Below, one piece after another: positions 11,512 through 23,355 of a stretch of DNA of 64,000 nt (position 1 is the first letter of the stretch; every line of letters begins with the position of its first letter). Made by a program: the position numbers and the translations under genes. The notes under the pieces are model-generated. The model saw nothing but the letters and a program-made list of their open reading frames with translations, ran no database searches and was not told the DNA's origin. The stretch comes from Octopus vulgaris (Eukaryota), in assembly GCA_951406725.2 (NCBI GenBank), contig OX597834.1, forward strand, positions 6,758,001 to 6,822,000, read 5' to 3'.

Positions 11512-12159
11512 CTTTGATGCAGGTATTGGACGACCACGACAACGGTGGCGGCAGCAGAATCAAAGTTGGCAGAGAGTTGGCAGGGGTGGTCATGGTCGTG
11601 GTGTGACGGTGATCAACAGGGTGGAAACATATTAATGTTTCCAGGCATTTAACTGCTTAAATAAGAAACTGTAACCTATTTTAGATTTTAGACAACTAAT
11701 GGAAAAGACATGATTATAATACTAAAAGGAGAGTCGAGAAAAGATGCTCGTCTCTGTAAAAATGCCTGTAACCCAATGTGAAATGTTGCGTGAACATGGT
11801 AAAAACCAATCTGGTAAAACTAAAACAGTGAAAACCAATTGAATTAATATTTTATTTCTCTTCAATCAAGTTCATAATTTTATTCAATTACATACTAGCA
11901 AATGTATGTAGGAATTAAAAATTGGAATAAAATAAAGAGAAAGAGAGAGAGAGGAAGAGAGAGAGAGAGACGGGGGAGGAGGAAGGAGAGAGGGAGGGAC
12001 GGAATGAGACGTGTTAAAGAAAACAACATTAGCCCTGTGCGGTGCGGTGCGGGTGCGTGTATGGGTATTGGGATGTGTTTTTATGTGTGTGTGTGTGTGT
12101 ATGTATGCATACACACAACGTCTGTGTGTGTGTATGTTTGAATATTAATAATTGCAAAC

Positions 12160-13135
<976 letters not shown>

Positions 13136-13364
13136 TGGTGATGCATGAAACAGAAACATATAGAGTACACTGCTACAACTGACTACTACTACCAGTACTA
13201 GTAAAAACAACAATGATGACAACAACAAGAATGCCAACGACAACAACAACTGCAACAACAACGACAACAACACCGACAAAAGAGGCTGCGAGAGAGAATC
13301 GGATTACTCCTACAACTAATTGCTACAAGGTAATTTCGGAGCTGATGATAGTTTGTGATACAGA

Positions 13365-13383
13365 TGGAGGTGGAGGAAGTGGA

Positions 13384-13418
<35 letters not shown>

Positions 13419-14115
13419 GTGAAGAAGAAGAAGAAGAAGAAGAAGAAGAAGGTGATGAAAAAGAAGATGAAGCAGAAGAAGAAAGAGATGAACAAGAAGG
13501 ATGGAGAGGAAGAGGAGGGAGGAGAAGAAGAAGGTGATGATGATGATAGAGGTGGTGGTGGTGATGATGATGATGATGATGATGATGAAGGTGGTGATGG
13601 TGATGATGATGATGGTGGTGGTGGTGGTGGTGGTGGTAGTGGTGGTGGTGGTGATGTCACTTAATATGAAAATAATGAGGAATAATGTTGTCTCGGTGAT
13701 AGTGGTGGTGATGATGTTGATGATGATGATGGTGGTGAATAATGATTGCAGTCAATGTTTTCGATATTAACGATATTATGATGATTAACGACATTCCTGA
13801 TTACAGTGAAAAGTATATAAACATTGCTGCTATTGGCGATGACGATGACAACAACGATGATGCTGATGATGGTGATGACGACGATGATGATATTAACAAT
13901 GACAGTAATATGAAGATGATGATGATGATGATGATGATGACAGCAACGGTGATGCTGATGCTGATGATGATGTTGATGGTAAACATGGCGTTAGATTTAA
14001 TTTTATTATACGATTGTGATGATGATGATGATGATGGTAATGATGGAAGTGGAAGTACTGGTGGTTGCAGCAGTAGTACTAATGATGGTGGTGGTGGGGG
14101 GGGGGGGTAGTAGTT
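13365..14115. repeat. Compound (GAG)/(GAA)/(GAT)/(GGT) microsatellite
   Basis: Direct reading. Confidence 0.85.
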
Positions 14116-14242
14116 GTTGTAACCCATGCTTCAGGTGTTGATTACGGTTAATAAAGCAATCAAGATGGGGATGCTGGTATTAATTCCAATGATGATGAGA
14201 ACATAATCATAAAAAAAACCCCCACCTCAGAAAAGGATAAAG

Positions 14243-14488
14243 CTTCTTCCCGAGTCATATAGACTCAAAGTGCTATTTTCTCCTGATTTCTGTGGTGTTA
14301 CATATTACTCCTGGATGGGAAGCTAGTCCATGGCAGGATTACTCACTTTCAACAACAGAGTGGACTGGAGCTTTGTGAGATGAAATGTTTTGCTCCAGAA
14401 CTCAATGCATCGCTCAGTCCAGGAATTGAAACCACATATGTTATGATCATGAGTCCCACACCCTGGCCACTGAGCCACACATCTCCAC
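14243..14488 (-). mobile_element. SINE family F copy
   Basis: Minus strand head TGGCTCAGTGGCCAGGGTG..GGTTTCAATTCCTGG, core GCTCCAGTCCACTC. Confidence 0.6.
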
Positions 14489-14653
14489 AAGAACAGAGTT
14501 GAGAGAAAAAGGGCACAGAAGTAGATAATAATGTCTAAGAGAGACCGAAAGACCAGAAATATTATGGTAAGGAGAGACTCAATTATATATATCCGTTACT
14601 GTTTTCCTATCTATCGCTAGTGGGGAGATGAGTTGCTGCTATCCCAAATGGTT

Positions 14654-14710
14654 GAGTGTCCATCACTGATGAGACCAAGAAAGGTCGAAATCACGGGATT
14701 TGGTGGTCTC
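14654..14710 (+). ncRNA. Type I hammerhead ribozyme motif
   Basis: Stem I CCATCA 14660-65 / TGGTGG 14701-06 plus distal GAG/CTC; CTGATGA 14666-72; stem II GACC-AAGAAA-GGTC; GAAA 14687-90; stem III ATC-ACGG-GAT; predicted cleavage after AUU (14700). Confidence 0.8.
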
Positions 14711-14838
14711 GTCACTGGATGTGGTGTGGATTTATCTCCCCACTAGTGATAAAAGCAAGAGGGCATTCTGCAACGAAAGCCAATAAGGGAGTTTCTCTCA
14801 TGGTGTCTACTGTAGTATTTGTTTGTTCAAAACAGATC

Positions 14839-15436
14839 GTTGTGATCGTTGCCAGAGCAGCCAACTGGCTTCCGTACCCGTGGCACGTAAAAAGGGCACC
14901 ATTCGAGCGTGATCATTACCTATTTCTTTACTACCCACAAGGGGCTAAACACAGAGGGGACAAACAAGGGGATTAAGTCGATTATATCGACCCCAGTGTG
15001 TAACTGGTACTTAATTTATCGACCCCGAAAGGATGAAAGGCAAAGTCGACCTCGGCGGAATTTGAACTCAGAACGTAACAGTAGCCGAAATACCGCTAAG
15101 CATTTCGCCCAGTCTGCTAACGATTCTGCCAGCCCACCACAGATCATTACCAATGTCGCTTCACTGGCATCTGTGTTGGTGGCACATGTAAAATATTCGA
15201 GCAAGGTCATTGCCAGTACCGCCTGACTAGCCCCTGTGCAGGTGGCACGTAAAAAGCATCCACTACACTCTCGGAGTGGTTGGCACTAGGAAGGGCATCC
15301 AGCTGTAGAAACCCTGCCAGATCAAGACTGGAGCCTGGTGCAGCCATCTGGTTCGCCAGCCCTCAGTCAAAACCGTCCAACCCATGCTAGCATGGAAAAC
15401 AGACGTTAAACGATGATGATGATGATGATGATGATG
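14839..15436 (+). mobile_element. RTE 3'-UTR-derived element (family D) with nested SINE B
   Basis: Tail CCCATGCTAGCATGGAAAACAGACGTTAAAC(GAT)n shared with the RTE end at 23324-23853; ~60 bp internal repeats; TSD AGATC. Confidence 0.7.
14921..15139 (-). mobile_element. SINE family B monomer
   Basis: TSD GATCATTACC at 14911-14920 and 15142-15151. Confidence 0.85.
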
Positions 15437-15569
15437 AGATCCTCCTCATTTAAGTGGACATAAATATTACCGCACGGTATTAATACTGCTTCTCTTGTTA
15501 ATATTTATTTTTTAACGAGTTGACTGGCTAATTACAACAGCAGCATCTGCGCTGGCACTGATTTCCTAT

Positions 15570-15966
15570 ACTCTTTTACTCTTTTACTTGTTTCAGTCAT
15601 TTGACTGCGGCCATGCTGGAACACCGCCTTTAATCGAGCAACTCGACCCCGGGACTTATTCTTTGTAAGCCCAGTACTTATCCTATCGGGCTCTTTTGCC
15701 GAACCGTTAAGTAACGGGGACATAAACACACCAGCATCGGTTGTCAAGCAATGCTAGGGGGACAAACACATTCACACAAACACACACACGTATATATATA
15801 TATATATATACATATATACAACGGGCTTCTTTCAGTTTCCGTCTGCCAAATCCACTCACAAGGCTTTGGTCGGCCCGAGGCTATAGTAGAAGACACTTGC
15901 CCAAAGTGCCACGCAGTGGGACTGAACCCGGAACCATGTGGTTGGTAGACAAGCTACTTACCACAC
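15570..15966 (-). mobile_element. SINE family A inserted in the second hammerhead unit
   Basis: Close match to other family A copies; a few 5' bases missing. Confidence 0.85.
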
Positions 15967-16013
15967 GTCACTGGCAAAGAGATGAGTTGTTGCTATCTCT
16001 AGAAATTGAACAT

Positions 16014-16065
16014 CCATCATAGACAAGGTCAAGAAAGGTCAAAGATCACAAGATCTGGTTGTCTC
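16014..16065 (+). pseudogene. Degenerate hammerhead paralog
   Basis: CCATCA-TAGACAA-GGTC-AAGAAA-GGTC-AAAG-ATC-ACAA-GATC-TGGTTG-TCTC: same layout as 14654-14710 with a mutated catalytic core. Confidence 0.6.
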
Positions 16066-16937
16066 GGTGTTAAAGCTGGTGGGGATTTACCTATCTGCTA
16101 GCAATATAAAGAAGTATGCATTTTGCACCAAAAGTCTATGAGAACTTCTCTCATGCTATCTACCCCAGTATAATTTGTTTCAACAGACCATGCACTTTTA
16201 AGTGAAGCTAAATATTTTACTTCTCAGTATCAGTTACTGCCTCTGTCACTAATATATATTTGTTACTGGACTGATATTGTTTTTGACCAACCCCAGGAGG
16301 CTGAATGCCAAAGTTTAATTTTGGTAGAATGTGAACAGTTTTGTCCTTCTTTCAGTTGTTGGACTTGGCCCATGGTTGAACATTGACTTCTTGAGTTAGT
16401 CTAACTAATTGATTCCTATTCCTCTAACTAATTTATTGATCCCTTTTGCTGAATCACTCTGTTATATGGATGGAAACAAAGCAACACTGGTTGTCTAAGC
16501 CGTGGTGGAAAGACAATCACAGCACACAAAGATGGACATACATGCATATTTTTGTGTCAGTGTGTATTTTTACATATATTATATATGTTTATATATCTAT
16601 ATACACAAATATATATATATATATCTGTTCTTATATTCTAAGAGAATAATTACTAGGCTTTAAAATAAAGAACAATTTCTGAGGTCAATTTGTTTAACTA
16701 AAACCCTTCAAGGCAGTGCTCCAGAATGGCCGCAGTCAAATGACTGAAATGTAAAAGAGAATAAAAGAATATACCTAGAAATGGTAATGTGGTCAGAATC
16801 ATCCATCCAGAAATGTGGTCAGAAAAATGGTTTTATCGGTGAGGTCAAACTGTAAGTATAACCACAAACCACAAAAAAAAAAGAAATTATGCAGAATACC
16901 GATGTTAAAATTGTTTGGAACTTTAACATAAAATGCG

Positions 16938-17538
16938 TATTTCTTTACTACCCACAAGGGGCTAAACACAGGAGGGACAAACAAGGACAGACAAACGGAT
17001 TAAGTCGATTATATCGACCCCAGTGCGTAACTGGTACTTATTTAATCGACCCCGAAAGGATGAAAGGCAAAGTCGACCTCGGTGGAATTTGAACTCAGAA
17101 CATTAGCGGCAGACAAAATACCTATTTCTTTACTACCCACAAGGGGCTAAACACAGAGGGGACAAACATGGACAGACAAGCAGATTAAGTCGATTATATC
17201 GACTCCAGTGCGTAACTGGTACTTAATTCATCGACCCCGAAAGGCTGAAAGGCAAAGTCGACCTCGGCAGAATTTGAACTTAGAACGTTAGCGGCAGACA
17301 AAATACCTATTTCTTTACTGCCCACAAGGGGATAAACACAGAGGGGACAAACAAGGATTGACAAACAGATTAAGTTGATTATATCGACCCCAGTGCATAA
17401 CTGGTACTTAATTTATCGACCCCGAAAGGATAAAAGGCAAAGTCGACCTCGGCGGAATTTGAACTCAGAACGTAACGGCAGACGAAATACGGCTACGCAT
17501 TTCGCCCGGCATGCTGACATTTCTGCCAGCTCGCCGCC
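16938..17538 (-). mobile_element. SINE family B trimer
   Basis: Units at 16938, 17123, 17308 (185 bp period); imperfect TSD tttaacata(a/g)aat(g/a)cg; sits in an RLE remnant (IVWNFNI..D..IEHRKPDI). Confidence 0.85.
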
Positions 17539-17942
17539 TTTTAACATAGAATACGACCATGTGATAGAACACAGAAAGCCAGATATTTTTGGTTTTGTAC
17601 AAGAAAGATAGGGAATATGATTATTGACATGACAATCCCGAAGAACAAGAAAATAAGAAGTGAAAGGGAAAGAAATGAAGGGGACCAAATATAATCGACA
17701 TAGGAAGAGGACCGAAAAGTACACGGAATTTCAAGAATGCAAGTGGAACTGCAGTCATAGTTGGTGCATTTGGAATCTCAAATTGGTACATTACAATTCA
17801 AAAGTAGTATGGAACTACTGCAGAAAACTACTTTGCCCGGAGCTGTAATGGTTGTAATAAGAATTCTTGAGACCAGAGGCTGCAGGGTATATCTTGCTCT
17901 CATTGTGAAATTATTCCAGTTTACCATTCTCACAGCAGGATA

Positions 17943-17943
<1 letters not shown>

Positions 17944-18005
<62 letters not shown>

Positions 18006-18012
18006 CAGCAGC

Positions 18013-18059
<47 letters not shown>

Positions 18060-18156
18060 TGGTAGTAGTATTAGTATTAGTAGTAGTAGTAGTATTAGTA
18101 GTAGTAGTGGTAGTAGTAGCAGTAGTGGTGGTGTTGGTGGTAGAAGTGGTAGTAGT

Positions 18157-18194
<38 letters not shown>

Positions 18195-18360
18195 TAGTAG
18201 TTGTAGTAGTAGTAGTAGTAGTAGTTGCAGCAGCAGTAGTATTAGCAGTAGTAGTAGTAGTAGATGTAGTAGTAGTAGTATTTGCAGCAGCCGTAGTAGT
18301 AGTAGTAGTAGTAGTGATAGTAGTAGCAGTAGTGGTAGTGTTGGTGGTAGTAGTAGTAGT
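17944..18360. repeat. (GTA)n/(GCA)n microsatellite
   Basis: Direct reading. Confidence 0.9.
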
Positions 18361-18565
18361 CCTTTCTACTATAGGCACAAGGCCCGAAATTTGGGGGAGG
18401 GGAGGTAATTGATTACATCGACCCCCATTACTCAACTGGTACTTAATTTATTGACCCTGAAAGGATGAAAGGCAAAAATCAACCTTGGCAGAATTCGAAC
18501 TCAAAACAACATTAAGATGGATGCTAGCATGCCCGGCACGCTTACGACTCTGCTGGCTTGCCACA
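18361..18565 (-). mobile_element. SINE family B, alternative-tail subtype
   Basis: Same core GCCTTTCATCCTTTC..GGTC..TAAATTAAGTACCAG but tail GGCCTTGTGCCTATAGTAGAAAGG. Confidence 0.7.
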
Positions 18566-18566
18566 C

Positions 18567-18602
<36 letters not shown>

Positions 18603-18619
18603 TAATAATAATAATAATA

Positions 18620-19112
18620 AAAGAACATGCCTCCTCATTGATATGACTGTCCCAATCGATATAAACGTATCTGTCAAGACCTACCAAAAACTGGGCAAAT
18701 ATAAAGATCTTGAAATAGAAATCAGCAAAATGTGGAAGCTGAAGACTAAAACAATACCTGTTGTCATAGGTGCCCTGGGAATGATAGCAAAAGGGGCTGA
18801 TTGCTACCTAACTCAGATACCAGGAAACCCCAAAATGGCAGAAATTCAAAAGATAGTGCTCATGGGAACTGCTCATCTCCTACACAAAATACTCTCTATG
18901 TAATCCCAAGGTTTAAAACAAACTTTTTTTTATTTATTTATTTATTATTTTTTTAAAATTTTATTTTTATGTATTAGACATTCACTAGTACAACACCAAA
19001 AAAAACACACCCCCCAATATATGGCACAGAACTTCCAACCTGTTGTCTCTTGAGGTCTCTGGGTGAGACTTGGAGCCAACTTGTACAGACATAAAGCAAA
19101 AGTCATACATAG
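18620..19112 (+). mobile_element. 3' fragment of R4/Dong-like element (RLE plus 3' UTR)
   Basis: CLLIDMTVPID..KLGKYKDLEIEI..VIGALG..LMGTAHLL; (TAA)n on both sides. Confidence 0.85.
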
Positions 19113-19155
19113 AATAATAATAATAATAATAATAATCATAATGATAATAATAATA

Positions 19156-19370
19156 TTGGTTTCAAATTTTGGCACAATGCCAGCAATCTTGGGTGAGTGG
19201 GTAATTCAATTACATCAACCCCAGTGCTCAACTGGTACTTATTTCTATCGACCCCAAAGGGATGAAAGGCAAAGTTGCCCTCAGTGGAACTTGAACTCAG
19301 AATGTAAAAATGGATAAATGCTGCTAAGCATTTTAACTGGTATGCTACCAATTCTGACACCTCACCACCT
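19156..19370 (-). mobile_element. SINE family B, alternative-tail subtype
   Basis: Core plus tail GGCATTGTGCCAAAATTTGAAACCAA followed by (TAT)n. Confidence 0.7.
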
Positions 19371-19513
19371 TGTTAATAATAATAATTCTGTTAATTTCTA
19401 ACTTCAATACATGGTTAGACATTTTGGGGAAAGTATAGTGGATTACATCAATTAGCAATACAAGACTGTAAATGGTAAAGTGGATGCTAGCATGATAAGG
19501 TTACTAATAAACC

Positions 19514-20293
19514 TATTTCCTTACTGCCCACAAGAGGCTAAACACAGAGAAGATGAACAAGGACAGACAAATGGATTAAGGCAATTACATCGACCCCAGT
19601 GCATAACTGGTACTTATTTAATTGATCCCGAAAGGATGAAAGGCAAAGTCGACCTCGGTGGAATTTGAACTCAGAACGTTAGCGGCAGACAAAATACTTA
19701 TTTCTTTACTACCCACAAGGGGCTAAACACAGAGGGGACGAACAAGGACAGACAAACGGATTAAATCGATCATATCGACCCCAGTGTGTAACTGGTACTT
19801 ATTTAATCGACCCCGAAAGGATGAAAGGCAAAGTCGACCTTGGCGGAATTTGAACTCAGAACGTTAGCGGCAGACAAAATACCTATTTCTTTACTACCCA
19901 CAGGGGGCTAAACACAGAGGGGACGAACAAGGACAGACAAACGGATTATGTCGATCATATCGACCTCAGTGTATAACTGGTACTTATTTAATCGACCCCG
20001 AAAGGATGAAAGGCAAAGTCGACCTCGAGGGAATTTGAACTCAGAACGTTAGCGGCAGACAAAATACCTATTTCTTTACTACCCACAAGGGGTTAAACAC
20101 AGAGAGGACGAACAAGGACAGACAAACGGATTATCTCGATCATATCGACCTCAGTGTATAACTGGTACTTATTTAATCGACCCCGAAAGGATGAAAGGCA
20201 AAGTCGACCTCGAGGGAATTTGAACTCAGAACGTAGCGGCAGACGAAATACCGCAAAGCATTTCGCCCGGCATGGTAACGTTTCTGCCAGCTC
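19514..20293 (-). mobile_element. SINE family B tetramer
   Basis: Units at 19514, 19699, 19884, 20069 (185 bp period); single head. Confidence 0.85.
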
Positions 20294-21044
20294 GAAACCA
20301 TAATGATCATGATGTAATGATGATGTTGTTGATGATGGGTACTTTTTACCTACTTGTCTTTTGTTTCACCCATTGGACAGCAACTATGCTGTGGCACGTC
20401 CTCAAAGGCAAGAAAATCAACCCCAGTATGGATAGAAATGAAAATGAAAGTGAAACTAGAAAAGTGATGTATATGAGAATGAAATCTGAACAGCTTCGAT
20501 AGAGTCTAAAAATAAGTTAGAAAACCTCTTTAACTTTTAAACTCTTGTAGCAGTTCTCTGTGTTGCAAAGCTGTTACCCCAATGATTAGAAGCCACATGC
20601 AACATCATTCATTTTTATGAATGAATTATTCCACAGAAACAAATAATACAAGGGAAACATTTTTTTTTTTTTGTCATGAGCTTGGCTTCCTGTGATTAAA
20701 AAAATCTTTATTTTTCCTGTTGGTGTTCTGTTTATACAGATTTTTCACAATTAATTACACCAACAAGTGAATTTCTGAAGTGCCAAACACCTATAAATTT
20801 TAACAAAGGAAAATCTCCCTGGAAAACAAAAATCACAATTTTTGTTTTCCTTGAATTATTTTAGAGTTAACTAGCAAAACAGTTAACCCCTTTGATGTGA
20901 ACCTGCCTACGACAATCCTTGGTTCTATGATATAAAATTACTGTTTAACCCTTTAGCATTTACACTAATCTATCAAATGTAATGCTTATAATAATAATTA
21001 ATAATAATAATAATAATAACAATAATGATAATAATAATAATAAC

Positions 21045-21103
<59 letters not shown>

Positions 21104-21105
<2 letters not shown>

Positions 21106-21660
21106 TGCCCTGATACAGTACCAGGCAATGGCTCTCATGGCTTCTGATCTTAACTGATTGGAAGTGTTATCATGTACATTGTTTTGTCTTGGTATAAAAG
21201 ATGGACTACAGCAAATATTCTGCTCAATACCACAGATTTGCTTGTCAGTTGTTTGACCTTAACAAGTTGAGCATGTCCCTAAGTGGCTGACGATATGTGC
21301 ATCTCTGATCACGAGCAAAAGTAGTGGGGGAGCATCATAGCCATGTGTTGAGAGGGATTCTTTGGGGTTTGAATAGTTCACCTCTGGAAACATGGGTGGT
21401 TCTTTCAACATCCTTAAACAACCCTTATTCAGGGACCGTTTGAGCGGGATGGGCTACTCAACCTGAAGAAAATTCTAACTGGGCCCCACCTGCAAGGTCA
21501 TGTGCTGTTTATCTTGATATGAGATCACCATGTCGCGCACATATGGTTGTGATGCATGTGCCTGGTGTACCCTTATCAGATGGGTAGTCATGATGGGCAT
21601 ATTGGGCTTCGTATATTTTACCCCAGTGTCACTTTGATGGCATGAACTGCTCTCTCACTC
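21104..21660 (+). mobile_element. Family C non-coding retroposon (longest copy)
   Basis: Between two (AAT)n tracts; matches 6691-7179. Confidence 0.75.
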
Positions 21661-21687
21661 AATAATAATAATAATAATAATAATAAT

Positions 21688-22116
21688 AGATATAAAAATT
21701 AAGGCCAACAGACCAGATATAGTTGTCAGAGATCATGAAGAAAAGAAAATGCTTTCTAATTGATGTATCAATACCAGCAGATGACAACGTGTCTCTAAAA
21801 GAAATGGAGAAACTTTCAAAATACAAAGACCTGGAAATAGAGGTAACCAGAATGTGGAATCTAAAAACAGAAACAATTCCTATCAGAGTAGGTGCATTAG
21901 GCATGATAAAAAAATATTCAGACAAATACATAACAAAAACACCAGGACTTACAAACACATATAACATACAGAAAATTGCACTACTAGGCACTGCACACAT
22001 CCTATGCAGAACACTTTCAATACAATAACCATCAGAGCATCACAACAAATCACAGCACATACCCAAGGCACATAGAGTAGTGAAGTGAAAGCATGCTATA
22101 AAAATAAAACTACTGA
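21688..22116 (+). mobile_element. 3' fragment of R4/Dong-like element (RLE plus 3' UTR)
   Basis: DIKIKANRPDIVVRD, frameshift, CFLIDVSIPADD..KYKDLEIEV..GTAHIL; (TAA)n flanks. Confidence 0.85.
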
Positions 22117-22119
22117 ATG

Positions 22120-22182
<63 letters not shown>

Positions 22183-22183
22183 T

Positions 22184-22904
22184 AACTGATTGTAAGTGTT
22201 ATCATGTACATTATTTTGTCTTGGTATAAAAGATGAGCTACAGTAAATATTCTGCTCAATATGACAGATTTGCTTATCAGTTGTTTGACCGTCACTAGTT
22301 GAGCATGTCCCTTAGTGGCTGACGATATGTGCATCTCTGATCACGAGCAGAAGTAGTGGGGGGAGCATCATAGCCATGTGTTGAGAGGGATTCTTTGGGG
22401 TTTGAATAATTCACCTCTGGAAACATGAGTGGTTTGTTCAACATCCTTAACCCTTTAGCGTTCAAATTAATATGTCAGAAATAATCCTTATTCATTTACA
22501 TTTAAAAAAATTTATTTGATATTATCTTGTAGCTTCAAGATTTGAAAGATGTAATTGTTTATTTTTAGAATGACATTGCAGGGTAGGTGTGAGATGCTGG
22601 CTCTGGCCAGTTTGAGCATAAAATGAGTAGAATATTCGGGCCGGATATAGCCGGTTTAAACACTAAAGGGTTAAACAATCCTTATTCAGGGACCTTTCGA
22701 GTGGGATAGGTTACTCGACCAGAAGAAAATTCTAACTGGTCCCCACCTGCAAGGTCATGCACTGTTTATCTTGATATGAGATCACCATGTCACACACATA
22801 TGGTTGTGATGCAGGTGCCTGGTGCATCCTTATCAGATGAGCATACTGGGCTTCATATATTTTACCCCAGTGTCACTTTGATGGCATTCACTGCTCTCTC
22901 ACTC
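22184..22904 (+). mobile_element. Family C copy interrupted by a MITE
   Basis: Colinear with 21104-21660 on both sides of 22451-22670. Confidence 0.75.
22451..22670. mobile_element. piggyBac-like MITE, family 2
   Basis: TTAA at 22447-50 and 22671-74; TIR CCCTTTAG / CTAAAGGG; empty site CCTTAAACAAC seen in the other family C copies. Confidence 0.88.
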
Positions 22905-23152
22905 ATTATTATTATTATAATAGGGGGTCGACTTCTAGCATAAGGTATGTCCACTTAGTGGTCATCCCTCTTATATGTATGTAATATAATTTTTCTGAAT
23001 CTTCAGATTTTTCTATATGCTAGATTACTGGTTTTAAATTGATATTAATGAAATTAATATTCAGTTTTTCACCCTTATTATTTTACCGCATGTGTACTGT
23101 TGGCGATTTTTTCCCCTCCGTCTTCCCTTCTTTGGATCTTTCCTTTTCCTAT

Positions 23153-23187
23153 GTTTCTGACGAAGAGCTCTGCTCGAAACGTTAAAC
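23153..23187 (+). ncRNA. Minimal hammerhead motif of the Penelope-like pseudo-LTR type
   Basis: GTTT-CTGACGA-A-GAGC-TCT-GCTC-GAAA-CGT-T-AAAC; palindromic ACGT in place of stem III. Confidence 0.65.
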
Positions 23188-23278
23188 CCTCCTTTCCTTC
23201 TTTCCTGAGCGTCCAATAATACTACACTTGTTCCACGTCCTCGCGTTGTGTTTTCTCTTTGTGTTTTCCTGTTTGGAT

Positions 23279-23323
<45 letters not shown>

Positions 23324-23355
<32 letters not shown>

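Larger units (their letters stand above)
14598..16268 (+). mobile_element. Interrupted tandem dimer of a ~310-360 bp hammerhead-containing unit (non-LTR retrozyme-like)
   Basis: 14598-14838 plus 15442-15510 aligns by eye with 15557-15569 plus 15967-16260 once the insertions at 14839-15436 and 15570-15966 are removed. Confidence 0.6.

Noticed and set aside
10029-11606. 525-aa ORF rich in F, L and S
   Set aside because: Translation of (TTTC)n/(CT)n repeats that lack stop codons; no domain.
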